DNA of 64,000 nt, taken from positions 32,001 to 96,000 of the forward strand of contig CAWDYW010000001.1 in assembly GCA_963806855.1 (NCBI GenBank), read 5' to 3'. Positions 29,726-40,838 of the stretch are shown here, piece after piece. Position 1 is the first letter of the stretch, and every line of letters starts with the position of its first letter. The stretch is from an uncultured Verrucomicrobiae bacterium. GTDB taxonomy: Bacteria; Chlamydiota; Chlamydiia; Chlamydiales; Rhabdochlamydiaceae. The position numbers and the translations under genes are program-made. Below the pieces are notes generated by a model. It did no database searches. It saw only the letters and a list, made by a program, of their open reading frames with translations, and was not told the DNA's origin.

Positions 29726-31789
29726 ATGCAATTAAAGGAACACCTCAACCCACAGCAACTTAAGGCCGCTGAGCACATGGAAGGGCCGATGCTGGTCATT
29801 GCCGGCGCTGGCTCGGGCAAAACCCGGATCGTCACCTACCGGATCGCCCATCTGATCAGCCTCGGCGTCCCCTCATCCGAAATCCTCGCCGTCACATTCA
29901 CCAATAAAGCAGCAGCCGAGATGCGGCAGCGAATCCAAAAGCTCTCAGATACCTCGATCCTCGCCTGTACATTCCACAGTCTGGGGGCCCGCATTTTGCG
30001 CGAGTCGATCACCCCGCTCGGCTATAAGAGCCACTTTGCCATTTTTGACGAAGACGATAGCGACAAAGTGTTGAAAGAGTGCATGGAAGAAAAGCAGATC
30101 AAAGACGAAAAAGGGCTTCAAAAGAGCTTTCGGATGGGGATTTCGCACGCCAAAAACAACATGCAGGAGCCTGATGACCCCCTCCTCAATGAGATCTACA
30201 CCCTCTATCAGCAAAAACTCAAAACCTACAATGCCCTCGACTTTGACGACTTGCTCTATCTAACCGTCAAACTTTTTCAGCAAGAGCCCGAGATTTTGCT
30301 CCGGTATCAAAACCAGTGGAACTTCATTTTGGTCGATGAGTATCAAGATACCAATCAAGCCCAATACAACCTCCTCAAACTCCTCTCCGCCCGCCACCAC
30401 AACGTCTTTGCTGTCGGCGATCCAGATCAATCGATCTACTCGTGGCGCGGAGCCAATATCAACAACATCCTCAACTTTGAGCACGATTACCCCGGCGCCC
30501 AAATCGTCAATCTCGAGCAAAACTACCGGAGCACCAACCACATCCTGAAGGCAGCTAATGCCCTGATTGAAAACAACGAAAGCCGCTATGAGAAAAACCT
30601 GTGGAGCGACCGGGGCGATGGAGAAAAAGTGGGCTTTTGCCTCTGCGAATCTGACCGCGATGAGGTCAACTTCGTCTTAGAGCGCATCTACTACCACCAT
30701 TTCAAGCAAAACATCCCCTTAAGCAGCTGCGTCATCTTCTATCGGACCCACTTTCAATCGCGCGTCTTCGAAGATGCCCTTCTCAAAGAAAAACTCCCCT
30801 ACATCATCGTCGGCGGCATCTCCTTCTACATGCGACGAGAAATCAAAGATCTGCTCGCCTTGCTGCGGGTCGCCTATGAAGGAAACGACTTCCTCTCCTT
30901 TTCCCGAACCATCAACATCCCTAAAAGAGGGATTGGCCCGGCTGCTCTGGCCAAAATCCGCCTCAATGCGAGTGGCGACCTCATCCAAGCCTGCAAGAGC
31001 GATCTGAAACTGTCTGTCCGCCAATCTGAAGGACTCCGAAGCTATGTCGAGCTGATTGAAGCGATCCGCCATATGATCCACACAGGCGCCCCGATCCACG
31101 AGATGATCGAAGAGGCGATCGACCGGATGGGCTACTACGACTACCTGCAAGAAGATCCCGAAACAGCCGATGAGCGGCAAGAAAACGTCGAAGAGCTGAT
31201 CACCAAAGCGGTCGAATGGGAAGAGGAAAACCCCGGCGCCGGGTTGTCTGCCTTTTTGGAAGAGCTCTTTCTCAAAGGGAGCCCCGATCAAACCCACGAA
31301 GCCGACCCCCTCCGCCTGATGACCATCCACAACGGCAAAGGGCTCGAGTTTGATATCACCTTCCTAGTCGGAATGGAAGAGGAGATCTTCCCCCATGTCA
31401 ATGCGCTCGGCAATTTCGAGGCCCTCGAAGAGGAGCGGCGCCTGGCTTACGTCGGGATGACCCGCGCCAAAAATAGCCTCTACCTCACCGCAGCCAAAAG
31501 CCGTTTCCTCTGGGGATCGCTCCGCACGATGCAGCCATCCCGCTTCCTCTCCGAGATCCCACAAGAGCACATAAAAAAATACCACACCGAGAGCTTCTCC
31601 GCCTATGAACTTGACGAAGCGCCCACCTCCCATCAGATCGGAGACCTAGTCCACCACAAAGATTTTGGCAAAGGGATCGTCCAGAGAGTCTATAACACCT
31701 CCCTCGGCCTCACCTACGACGTCCTCTTCACTGAGAACGATGAGACCCGCAGCCTAGTGGCTAAGTACGCAAAGCTGGCGAAACTTTAG
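29726..31789 (+). CDS. uvrD: UvrD/PcrA DNA helicase
   Basis: AGAGSGKT, VDEYQD, VGDPDQSIY, LEQNYRS, KGLEF, EERRLAYVGMTRA. Confidence 0.96.
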   Translation: MQLKEHLNPQQLKAAEHMEGPMLVIAGAGSGKTRIVTYRIAHLISLGVPSSEILAVTFTNKAAAEMRQRIQKLSDTSILACTFHSLGARILRESITPLGYKSHFAIFDEDDSDKVLKECMEEKQIKDEKGLQKSFRMGISHAKNNMQEPDDPLLNEIYTLYQQKLKTYNALDFDDLLYLTVKLFQQEPEILLRYQNQWNFILVDEYQDTNQAQYNLLKLLSARHHNVFAVGDPDQSIYSWRGANINNILNFEHDYPGAQIVNLEQNYRSTNHILKAANALIENNESRYEKNLWSDRGDGEKVGFCLCESDRDEVNFVLERIYYHHFKQNIPLSSCVIFYRTHFQSRVFEDALLKEKLPYIIVGGISFYMRREIKDLLALLRVAYEGNDFLSFSRTINIPKRGIGPAALAKIRLNASGDLIQACKSDLKLSVRQSEGLRSYVELIEAIRHMIHTGAPIHEMIEEAIDRMGYYDYLQEDPETADERQENVEELITKAVEWEEENPGAGLSAFLEELFLKGSPDQTHEADPLRLMTIHNGKGLEFDITFLVGMEEEIFPHVNALGNFEALEEERRLAYVGMTRAKNSLYLTAAKSRFLWGSLRTMQPSRFLSEIPQEHIKKYHTESFSAYELDEAPTSHQIGDLVHHKDFGKGIVQRVYNTSLGLTYDVLFTENDETRSLVAKYAKLAKL

Positions 31790-32674
31790 AAATTCCTTGT
31801 AGACCTGACCTACCGGCACAAAATATTGCCATTTTTTATCGCGCCAACGCAGCCCCTTCAAATTGGGGATCCAAGTGGGCGGCACGATGACCCTCCCCTC
31901 AGCCCACGCCGGCCGCCAAAAATTCGCGACCATCTGCGAGCGGCAAATCGTCAGCGTCGGCACCAGAGCACACGAAGCCAAATGGCCAACTCCTGAGTCA
32001 TTGCCAATCATCGCCCCCGACTCTGCGACAAAATGGGTGAGCGCCACCAAGTCTTTAAAATAGGGGGCGTCGACCGATGGCCAAGTCTGCCTTTCTTCCG
32101 CAGTCAAAATGAAGACCGGCTCCAAACCTTGGCCGCGCAATTTTTCGCCTAAGCTTAAGAATTGCTTTTGAGTCCAGTTTTTCCCCGCCCGCGAACTGGT
32201 TGGATGAATGATGACACGCTCTGGATATTTCCTCTTTTCAATGTGGGGAGGTAATTCGATCCCGTTTGTCCGGACAGCGGCTCCGAGGATGCGGTGACAA
32301 TAGTTAACCAGATTATCGACAAATGGCAGATTCCCATCGAAGCGCCCCTGCTCCCAAAATGGATAATCGCAATTCGGCGTCGCAATCGGATTGAGCACCG
32401 TCGTTTTCTCCGGAAAATGGGTGAGGGCATAGTCGATCAAAGTGAGCATCCACTCTTTTTTCTCATAGATGAAAAATAGACGGTCGTAGTGGCTTAGGAA
32501 TTCTATTCCCTGAGCCCGCGGCAAAAGGGAGAGGTTCGGGAAGAGAGGCGCCATCTGCGGCAATAAAGGATGGAAAGTGTCGACCTGGTGCCCAGAGCGG
32601 ACTAGGTTGTTTGAGAGGACCGCGGCGATGAGCCCATCACCTAAGCCAATGCACGGAAACACTGCACATTTCAT
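31754..32674 (-). CDS. Glycosyltransferase family 9 (heptosyltransferase-like)
   Basis: GLGDGL, IHPTSS..KNW, IGNDSGVGHLA. Confidence 0.85.
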   Translation of the reverse strand: MKCAVFPCIGLGDGLIAAVLSNNLVRSGHQVDTFHPLLPQMAPLFPNLSLLPRAQGIEFLSHYDRLFFIYEKKEWMLTLIDYALTHFPEKTTVLNPIATPNCDYPFWEQGRFDGNLPFVDNLVNYCHRILGAAVRTNGIELPPHIEKRKYPERVIIHPTSSRAGKNWTQKQFLSLGEKLRGQGLEPVFILTAEERQTWPSVDAPYFKDLVALTHFVAESGAMIGNDSGVGHLASCALVPTLTICRSQMVANFWRPAWAEGRVIVPPTWIPNLKGLRWRDKKWQYFVPVGQVYKEFLKFRQLCVLSH

Positions 32675-32720
32675 AATTGTAAAGCGGCTTTACTTGAATA
32701 GTATAGGGGAGGGACAAATT

Positions 32721-32772
32721 AAACGCAAAGGTGCAAAGACGCAAAAAAAATTATTCTTTTTTTGTCTTTTGC
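32721..32772. repeat. Degenerate (cgcaaag)n / inverted-complement hairpin, family C
   Basis: aaacgcaaaggtgcaaagacgcaaaa...tttgtcttttgc; similar to 53872-53933. Confidence 0.55.
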
Positions 32773-33803
32773 TCATTCTCAGGATGGAAGACTCTAATGA
32801 CTGTAGTCGATAGGTTAAAAAGTGTAGTCCGTTTTTGTTTATCATCTAATATTGCAAGTAATCTCGAACAGAAAAGGTTGATTTGCGCAGTAGATTTCTC
32901 TCTGAGAACAAATCGTAATATTTCTGCTGTATAATCGGCCCAAGAATCAAAGGTATCTCTAACTAACAAATTGGTGAGTTTATTGTTACTGAACTCGCTG
33001 GTACCCATTTTGAATAGGAGTCTTTCGAGAAACAAACCAATAGTTTTCCCTTCTTTGGGAATCGGGTTAACGTAAGTTTCATCTTTCATGAGATCAAGAT
33101 GAGGAAGATCAACATCCAATTGAGACAATAGCCTAACCCACAAGTCATTAAACTGCGTTTTGCAATTATGAACCTCCTTATAAAGTTTACGAAATTCTCT
33201 CACCTTTTCAGGATAAGTGTGCTCTACCTTTTTCCATTCGCCATCATCCAAGATACGCATCACGCAACCTTCAGCATCATCCGTTTCTCCCATGCTTGCT
33301 TTACTTTCAATTGAGAAAAGGTTCGGAGATAAAAGGCATTGTATGAAAATATAATCAACTTCACCGATCCATGTTTTGCGCAGCTTATAACATTCCCCTG
33401 GGTTGCCACGATAAGGAGAATAGATTTTTGGGTTGGCCTTACAATCTTTTGCAATCATGTCGACCAATTTTCCCGCCGTGATGGGATCATCGTGTATCGA
33501 GTCAATGATCTTCATGATGACCGAAAAGGGAGCTTCCTCAAATGTCTTGCGAAAATTGTCTTCTGTGACGAAGGCACTGAGATCTGCTGATGCAGCTACA
33601 GCCTCTTTCCTCCAAATGAGTGAGGCGAGCAATGAAAAGGATTTGCGGACGATAAAAGAGGTGAAGACCCAGAGCACCCATCCACCCGTCTTTCCGACTG
33701 AAATGAGCACATCCACATTGGTCCTCTGCCGAGGCGGGGGAGCTGCTGAGGTATTTGGCGTTGGGGTAACCGTATTGGCTGAAGCTATTTTTTGTATTTC
33801 CAT
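32751..33803 (-). CDS. Hypothetical protein, candidate secreted effector
   Basis: 350 aa, Pro/Thr/Ser-rich N-terminus, one hydrophobic segment, GGAGG RBS. Confidence 0.6.
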   Translation of the reverse strand: MEIQKIASANTVTPTPNTSAAPPPRQRTNVDVLISVGKTGGWVLWVFTSFIVRKSFSLLASLIWRKEAVAASADLSAFVTEDNFRKTFEEAPFSVIMKIIDSIHDDPITAGKLVDMIAKDCKANPKIYSPYRGNPGECYKLRKTWIGEVDYIFIQCLLSPNLFSIESKASMGETDDAEGCVMRILDDGEWKKVEHTYPEKVREFRKLYKEVHNCKTQFNDLWVRLLSQLDVDLPHLDLMKDETYVNPIPKEGKTIGLFLERLLFKMGTSEFSNNKLTNLLVRDTFDSWADYTAEILRFVLREKSTAQINLFCSRLLAILDDKQKRTTLFNLSTTVIRVFHPENEQKTKKE

Positions 33804-33847
33804 CTTTGCCTCCTAGAAAAGGAAGAAAAGATTTTACTGCTTAATGA

Positions 33848-34657
33848 TCATTTTTTGAAATAAGAATCGTGCAGCAGCTTCCACCTTAAGGAATGCTGCT
33901 TCTTCAAAAATTTCTCAAGCTTCTTCTTAGGCAAAAAGGCAAATTGGAAAATTTCCCGATCGGTCAAACAGATCGCTGCGGCCCACTGTTTCTTTGGATT
34001 TTTTAGGTAGCCTTTCATCCGCTTCAGAGCCACTGCAAGTGTCAGATGCAATAAAGAGAGGCGAACGAGTAGAAGAGCAAAAAAGATAAAGGGCACATAA
34101 GCCCAGAATGGGGAGATTTCAGGATGAAACAGACGGGCCACCTCAATTCCAAAGGGAATCAAAAGGAGAATGATGAAGAGGTATGCTTCCCAGGGGCGTT
34201 GAAAAATGGGGCCGAAGATTCTCCTCCAGCTATGGGGCGAGGTTTTATAGGCAAAGAACTCTTCGAAAATGGGCTCGTCAAACTGCATCCGGGCCGCGTG
34301 GACCGCTTCGTGGGCGAGCACCTCCTCCCGTCGGTAAAGCTTGTGGAGTGAGCCGGTCTCAAATTTTTCTTTTAGCTGAATCACCGGAATGCGCAGATCA
34401 TTGCGGGTCGAAATCCAAGTGGCTGCCCCTTGGAAAAAAGAGAGGCGGGCATTGCTATAATAGGCGACGATCCAATCGGGGGAAAAACCAAAGAGGCTCC
34501 CTGTTGTTTCGCGGGCGGCAACCCAATCCCCATCGGTCAGGTAGCGATCGATATCCTCGGGGGGATAAGAAAAAAATTGATTGAGCGCCTTGGTTCGGGC
34601 AAAAAATTGCTTTTCTTCCTCTTTAGGACCTGGGATCAAACCCTTCTCGATGAACAT
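33848..34657 (-). CDS. Conserved chlamydial membrane protein divergent from topA
   Basis: 269 aa, HEAVH (HExxH) motif, two TM segments. Confidence 0.65.
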   Translation of the reverse strand: MFIEKGLIPGPKEEEKQFFARTKALNQFFSYPPEDIDRYLTDGDWVAARETTGSLFGFSPDWIVAYYSNARLSFFQGAATWISTRNDLRIPVIQLKEKFETGSLHKLYRREEVLAHEAVHAARMQFDEPIFEEFFAYKTSPHSWRRIFGPIFQRPWEAYLFIILLLIPFGIEVARLFHPEISPFWAYVPFIFFALLLVRLSLLHLTLAVALKRMKGYLKNPKKQWAAAICLTDREIFQFAFLPKKKLEKFLKKQHSLRWKLLHDSYFKK

Positions 34658-34725
34658 GAGTTTTATCCTAACAGAAAATATTTTTTTCTTTCATAAAATG
34701 ATCAAAAATGCCAAAACTATCTGGC

Positions 34726-37303
34726 ATGGCAAAGAAGCTCATCATTGTCGAGTCACCGACAAAAATTAAAACTTTGCAAAAATTTCTCGGCTCTGGCTAC
34801 ACCTTTGCCTCTTCGATCGGCCATATCCGCGATCTGCCGCAAAAAGGATTTGGGATCGATGTCGAAAATGACTTCGAACCCGAATATGCGACCCTCCCTG
34901 ATAAAAAAGAAGTGATCGAGAAGCTCAAAAAGGCTGCGAAAGAGGCCGATGTAGTCTATCCTCTCTCCCGATCCTGATCGGGAAGGGGAGGCGATTGCCT
35001 GGCACATTGCAGCCATTCTGCCAAAAGGGACCAAATTCAAACGGGTCACCTTTCAATGCTATTCACCAAAGACGTAGTCACTGAAGCTCTCAAACACCCA
35101 AGCGGAGATCGACCAAGCGCTCGTCGACGCGCAGCAGGCCCGCCGTCTTCTCGACAGGATCGTCGGTTATAAAATTTCTCCCATTCTCACTCGACGTGTG
35201 CAAGGGGCCCGCGATGGAGGTCTTTCAGCTGGTCGAGTGCAATCGGTTGCGCTCAAACTGGTCGTCGATCGGGAAAAAGAGATCAAGGCATTTGTCCCCG
35301 TCGAGTATTGGAATATCGGAACAGATGCTGCAGACGAAAAAAGAGGAGCCCCCTTTCTTAGCCTCCCTCTACTAGTGTCGACAGTCTTCGAGTTGAAAAA
35401 GTCGAAGTCGAAGGGAAAAAAGGGTACACGATCCCAAATAAAACGACAGCCGATGAGATCGTCACCCGCTTGAAAAAAGCCAGCTACAAAATCGACTCGA
35501 TCGATAAGAAAGAGAAAAAGCGGTAATGCCATCCCCCCTTTCATCACCTCGACACTGCAACAAGAAGCCAGCCGTCATTACGGTTTTTCCGCAGCTCGTA
35601 CGATGAATATCGCCCAAGGCCTCTACGAAGGGATCGATTTAGGCAAAGAGGGAGCTGAAGGACTGATCACCTACATGCGTACCGATTCTGTCCGTGTCGA
35701 CATGGAAGCGATCAATGCGGCCCGCGGCTTCATCAAAAAAACATTCGGCCAAGACTATCTGCCTGAAAAACCCAATTTCTACGCCACCAAAAAAAGCACC
35801 CAGGATGCGCACGAAGCGATTCGTCCAACCAACTTAAGCCACCCGCCTGAATCGATTAAAAACTACCTCACCCTCGATCAATACAAACTCTATCTGCTCA
35901 TCTGGCGCCGCTTCATCGCCTCGCAAATGACCCCCGCCATTTACGACACTATCTCATGCGACATCGAAACAGATCAAAAAATTGTGCTGCGCGCCACCGG
36001 CTCGACCATCAAATTTTCAGGCTTCCTCGCCGTTTACGAAGAGAAATTTGACCAAACTGAGACCGAAGAGGGGGAAAAAGAAGAGCAAGATAAACTGCTC
36101 CCCTTCCTCACAGTTGGACAATCGCTCACCCTCAAAAAGGTGACGAGCGAACAGGCCTTCACCCGCCCCCCTCCTCGCTTTACCGAGGCATCGCTTGTCA
36201 AAGAGCTCGAAAAACTCGGCATCGGCCGCCCATCGACTTATGCGGCGATCATGAACAAGATCCAGAGCCGCGACTACACCACCAAAGAGAAAGGGACCCT
36301 CATCCCCACCGAACTTGGAATGGTGATCGCCCAGATGCTCGATACCAGCTTCCAAATGATCATGGATATTGGCTTTACCGCCGCGATGGAAGATGAACTC
36401 GAGCGAGTTGCTGAAAACCAAAAGAATTGGAAAGAGCTGATCCGGGAGTTCTGGGCCCATTTTATCCCTTCGGTCGAAGCTGCTGAAAAAGAGGCCTTCG
36501 TCCCCAAAGAGACCACCGATATCGACTGCCCCAAGTGCGGCAAAAAACTGCAAAAAATTTGGTCGCGCCGCAAGTATTTTTACGGCTGCAGCGGTTATCC
36601 CGAGTGTGACTTCACTGCCCCGATCGAGGCCCTCACCTTCAACAAAGAAGACTACGCACCCAATTTCGATTGGGAACAAAAGTGCTCAAAGTGTGGCAGC
36701 GACATGCAGCTGCGCTTCGGGAAATTTGGCCCCTTCCTCGGCTGCAGCAAATATCCCGACTGCAACGGAATCGTCAATATCCCCAAAAAGGATGAGCCCC
36801 CTGCCGAAGAGATGCCCACCTGTCCCGCCCAAGGTTGCGATGGCCGGATGGTCTCCCGCCGCTCCCGCTTTGGCAAAGTCTTTTTCTCCTGCTCCAATTT
36901 CCCCGATTGCGATGTGATCGTCAACGATCTCGACAAACTCGACGAGAAGTATCCTGACCATCCCAAAACAGCCTACATCAAGAAAAAAGGGGCCAAGAAA
37001 AAGGGCGCAGCTAAAAAAGGTGCTAAGGTTGCAGCTAAAAAGGGGAAAAAGAAAGCCGCGACAAAGAAATCAGGCCAACCCAAAAAAACCCTCTCCAAAG
37101 ATCTGGCAGCCGTTACCGGCGAGACCGAGCTCTCCCGTCCCGAAGTCGTAAAAAAGATGTGGGAATATATCAAAAAGCACGATCTGCAAGATCCGAAAAA
37201 CAAGCGGATTATCAACCCCGATGCCAAACTGGCCAAAGTGATCGGCAAAAAACCGGTCGACATGATGAAATTATCCGGGCTCCTCGGCGAGCACCTATCT
37301 TAA
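34726..37303 (+). CDS. topA: DNA topoisomerase I with zinc ribbons and C-terminal SWIB domain, multiple apparent frameshifts in the 5' third
   Basis: [38 protein letters not shown], Cys4 ribbons, [25 protein letters not shown]. Confidence 0.95.
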
Positions 37304-37373
37304 AGATTGAATTTTAAGTTATGAAGGATCACTCTTCGACAAGGCATTAACGCCTTTACCAATGGAGAATATA

Positions 37374-37604
37374 ATGAAAAAATTAGTTCTGTTTGTATGC
37401 GTTCTTTCAACAAGTTTCCTCATGGCAGGAGATGGTTGCGGATGTGGCAAGAAAAAGCCAGCACCTAAGCATGAGTCGGATAATGATTCTACTTGTGTCA
37501 GCAATCCAGTACACCCAACTCCAGCAGAGCAACCTGCTCCCGCTGTAACTCCAACAGCAACAGAAATTACTGCAACTGCAGTTACACCTGCTACAGAGTC
37601 TTAA
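37374..37604 (+). CDS. Small exported protein with CGC motif and Pro/Thr/Ala-rich tail
   Basis: Signal peptide MKKLVLFVCVLSTSFLMA, GGAG RBS. Confidence 0.6.
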   Translation: MKKLVLFVCVLSTSFLMAGDGCGCGKKKPAPKHESDNDSTCVSNPVHPTPAEQPAPAVTPTATEITATAVTPATES

Positions 37605-38643
37605 AAAACTCTGCAATCTCGTGCTTAAAGCGCTCTTTCGAGAACCTCTGAGCATGGGATTGAATGAATTTAGGATCAAATTCAAATCTCTCAAAACGAT
37701 CGATCGCATCCATTAAACTAGAGAGCGTCTGCTCAGAGAAGAAAAGCCCTGTCACTCCATCCTTAACCGTCTCTAAGGCTCCACCTCGGCCATACGCAAT
37801 CACAGGAACACCAGCTGCCTGCGCCTCTACCACTGCAATGCCAAAATCCTCTTCGGCTGCAAATAGAAACGCTTTCGCCTTGGAAATAATGTCGCGCAAT
37901 TGTTCGTGGGGTAGATGGCCCAGAAATTCAATATTTGGAGTTGCGATTGCCTTGAGTTTTTTCATTTCAGGCCCATCGCCGACAATGAGGAGTTTTTTTT
38001 GCGGAAAAGCTCGAATGAGTAGGTCGACCCTTTTATAGGGAACGAGTCTGCTGCAGGTGACAAAATAGTCTTCCCGCTTTGCTGAAGGAGCAAATAGATG
38101 AGTATCGACAGGAGGATAAATGACCGTTGCATCCCGTTCATAATTTTTTTTGATCCGCTCAGCGACAAACTGGGAATTGGCGATGAAATGAGTAACGGAC
38201 GCAGCTGTTTTCCGATCCCACTGACGCAACTTTTTCAAAATGGGCGCCGCAGCGAATCTCTTCAAGGGATGAAGCGTTTTTAAATGGAAATCTGATTCAT
38301 CCCAAGCGTAGCGCATTGGAGTGTGGCAATAACAAATGTGTTTCTGTCCGGGACGGATCTTCACTGCTTTGGCGACAGAATGAGATGATGAGAGGATCAG
38401 ATCATACTCGGCAAGATCAAAACTCCGAATCGCCAGAGGAAAGAGGGGCAAAAGGTCGGGGTAATAGCGGCGTACATAGGGGAAAAGCTGCAAAAATGTT
38501 GTCTCAACTTGCCGATCCGCGAAGATTTTCTTATTCCAGATCAGAGTATGAATCGGCCCATCGAAGAGCTCGCACAGGGCCGCAAGTACTTTTTCCGCTC
38601 CTCCAATCCCAACCAACCAATCATGCACCAGCGCGGTTTTCAT
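37591..38643 (-). CDS. Glycosyltransferase family 4
   Basis: HDWLVGIGGAEKV, SRLVPYKR, EDFGIAVVEAQAAG. Confidence 0.92.
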   Translation of the reverse strand: MKTALVHDWLVGIGGAEKVLAALCELFDGPIHTLIWNKKIFADRQVETTFLQLFPYVRRYYPDLLPLFPLAIRSFDLAEYDLILSSSHSVAKAVKIRPGQKHICYCHTPMRYAWDESDFHLKTLHPLKRFAAAPILKKLRQWDRKTAASVTHFIANSQFVAERIKKNYERDATVIYPPVDTHLFAPSAKREDYFVTCSRLVPYKRVDLLIRAFPQKKLLIVGDGPEMKKLKAIATPNIEFLGHLPHEQLRDIISKAKAFLFAAEEDFGIAVVEAQAAGVPVIAYGRGGALETVKDGVTGLFFSEQTLSSLMDAIDRFERFEFDPKFIQSHAQRFSKERFKHEIAEFFKTL

Positions 38644-39850
38644 CACCCCTTCCTTGTAGATAAGTAAAAAGGGCGATCATGGGGATCAGCCAGTACTGGT
38701 AATAGAGCAGGTTGTTGAACTGGCTAGTGAAAAAAATAGAGATCGCAAGGTAAACGTAAAGCCAAGAAAAAAGGGGGTGAGGACGGCTTTTAAAAGCGCG
38801 AATGGACCAAAGGAGTCCACATAGCAAAAAGATCAGGCAAGGGATGAGGCCAAAATTGACCAAAGTGGAGAGGCTCGAGGAGTCGAGAGAAAGGATGGCG
38901 GTCTCGTTTTGGAGCAAAAGCGAGAGGTAATTATAGCCGGTACCAAAAAAGGGATAATGCCAGAAAATGGTTAACCCTTGTTGAAAGGTAAAGAGGCGCG
39001 CTAAGGCGGAAGGATCCTCCCCGACATGTAAAAGGCGGTTGAAAAAGTAGAGACATTCCTTGGAATAGACGATGAGCATTCCAACGAGCAGTGCAATAAA
39101 CAGTAGATGGCTCCACTGGATCGATTTTTGTCTAATTGACTGCACAATCCCCATCATCATCAAAAGCAACATACAGGTAGCGATTCCACTTCGGGAAAAG
39201 GTGACTAGGATGCTGCACAGAAAAAGAAAAAACAAAATTTGATGCCCCATCCGCTTTTCTTTTAGTGTCCAAATTAAAATGAGCGGAATGCAGGCGATCG
39301 CGCTGTAGTAGTTGGGATCGAAAAAAGTTGAAATAAAGCGACGTTGATGGGGATCGCCAAAAAAGCGAATTCCATAATTTTGAAGCAACTGGAAGAACAG
39401 ATGGGCCCTTGGGAAAAATATAAAGATCGCAATCCCCAAAAACAAAATCACCGTGAAGAGTTTGATTAAATAGGCCATACACTGATCGCAGTTGTCGCCA
39501 AATTTCTTTTTCAGAACATCGCCTAAGGCCACACCGGTTCCAATCATCGCGATCAACTTAAAGCTATAAAGAACACTGGCTAAATCGAGCCCATGCAAGA
39601 GCGTTCCATACATCGAAGAAGTGAGAATAGCGACAGCGAGCAACTGGCTTTTGCGTAACTTTGAAAAATAGAGCGGCAGCGCCAATGTGTACAGTGCCAC
39701 TTCAACCACCGACAAATGACTGGGAAAGGGATAGAGAGGAAAAAGTCGAAAAAAATTCCCGCCGATTAAAAATAGCGCAAAACAAAAGAGGAGCAAATTG
39801 GAATAAATTAAGCGTTGCTTTCCGACGTGAAAAAGAACTATATGTGACAT
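38621..39850 (-). CDS. O-antigen ligase/polymerase-family membrane protein
   Basis: Polytopic; R..STFFDPNYY, TFSRSG, SALAR, PFFGTG. Confidence 0.8.
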   Translation of the reverse strand: MSHIVLFHVGKQRLIYSNLLLFCFALFLIGGNFFRLFPLYPFPSHLSVVEVALYTLALPLYFSKLRKSQLLAVAILTSSMYGTLLHGLDLASVLYSFKLIAMIGTGVALGDVLKKKFGDNCDQCMAYLIKLFTVILFLGIAIFIFFPRAHLFFQLLQNYGIRFFGDPHQRRFISTFFDPNYYSAIACIPLILIWTLKEKRMGHQILFFLFLCSILVTFSRSGIATCMLLLMMMGIVQSIRQKSIQWSHLLFIALLVGMLIVYSKECLYFFNRLLHVGEDPSALARLFTFQQGLTIFWHYPFFGTGYNYLSLLLQNETAILSLDSSSLSTLVNFGLIPCLIFLLCGLLWSIRAFKSRPHPLFSWLYVYLAISIFFTSQFNNLLYYQYWLIPMIALFTYLQGRGDENRAGA

Positions 39851-39884
39851 ATCACGCAGTCTAGCGAAGAGAGCATTTTTTCCG

Positions 39885-40838
39885 ATGAAAATTATTGTAT
39901 TAGCCGGCGGCAGTGGAAAGCGATTATGGCCCTTAGAGCATCCTCCCAAACAATTTTCCTATTTTATCGGTGCTGAGACTCTATTTCAAAAAACGTTGCG
40001 ACGCTTTCTCAAGGCCTATCCCCCGGAAGACTTTGTCATTGTCACAGGAGCCCCTTTTTTGCACTTAGCGCAAGCTCAAGCAAAAGAGGTGCATGAGTCT
40101 CTGGAAAATCGAATCATCGCAGAAAATGAGGCTAGAAACACCGCTCCAGCGATTTTGTATGCGCTTGAGTGGCTACAGCAGCGTGGAGAATTAACGGAAA
40201 CTTTCTTAGTTACCCCATCTGATCATCTCGTCGCTCCAGAATCCGAATTTTTAAATAAACTGCCCCTAGGTGAGTCTGCAGGTTCTCACGTCCTCTTTGG
40301 AATTTTTCCCACCCATCCCCACACAGGTTACGGTTATATCGTGTGCGAGCCGACCCAAGATCTATCACCTGTTTACCGTTTTGTCGAAAAACCTCCTCTC
40401 GAGCTCGCTCAAACCCTATTGGAGAATGGAAATTGTCTTTGGAATATGGGCGTTTTCATCTTCCAAACCAAACCATTTTTGGAGCAAATACAGACCTCAG
40501 AACCGCTGTCGATCGACTACGCTCTCTTAGAATCCTCTCAAAACCTCAAAGTGATTCCGCTCCATCTCTCCTGGTCCGATGTGGGCTCTTGGGATAGTGT
40601 CTATGAGGTTTTTCACAAAGATGAGGATCGAAATGTGCTCATCGGCGATGTATCAACAATAAATAGCAAAAATTGCCTCATTCGGGGCCGGGTAAGGCCG
40701 ATTGCAGCAATCGATCTGGAAGATTTGATCATTGTCGATGGAGAAGAGGGTCTACTCATTGCAAAGCGTGGCTCTGCTGAAAAAGTCCGCAACTTTCAAA
40801 AACCTGCAGATGTTTTTCAGCAGCCTGGCGCCAAGTAA
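39885..40838 (+). CDS. manC: Mannose-1-phosphate guanylyltransferase
   Basis: LAGGSGKRLWP..PKQF, RNTAPA, GYGYI, FVEKP, SIDYA, WSDVGSW. Confidence 0.9.
   Translation: MKIIVLAGGSGKRLWPLEHPPKQFSYFIGAETLFQKTLRRFLKAYPPEDFVIVTGAPFLHLAQAQAKEVHESLENRIIAENEARNTAPAILYALEWLQQRGELTETFLVTPSDHLVAPESEFLNKLPLGESAGSHVLFGIFPTHPHTGYGYIVCEPTQDLSPVYRFVEKPPLELAQTLLENGNCLWNMGVFIFQTKPFLEQIQTSEPLSIDYALLESSQNLKVIPLHLSWSDVGSWDSVYEVFHKDEDRNVLIGDVSTINSKNCLIRGRVRPIAAIDLEDLIIVDGEEGLLIAKRGSAEKVRNFQKPADVFQQPGAK

Noticed and set aside
34726..35602. topA as a pseudogene or programmed frameshift
   Set aside because: The gene is essential, all motifs are present, and several scattered single-base indels fit long-read consensus error
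36978..37090. Lys/Ala-rich low-complexity repeat
   Set aside because: Ordinary basic linker between the topoisomerase zinc ribbons and the SWIB domain
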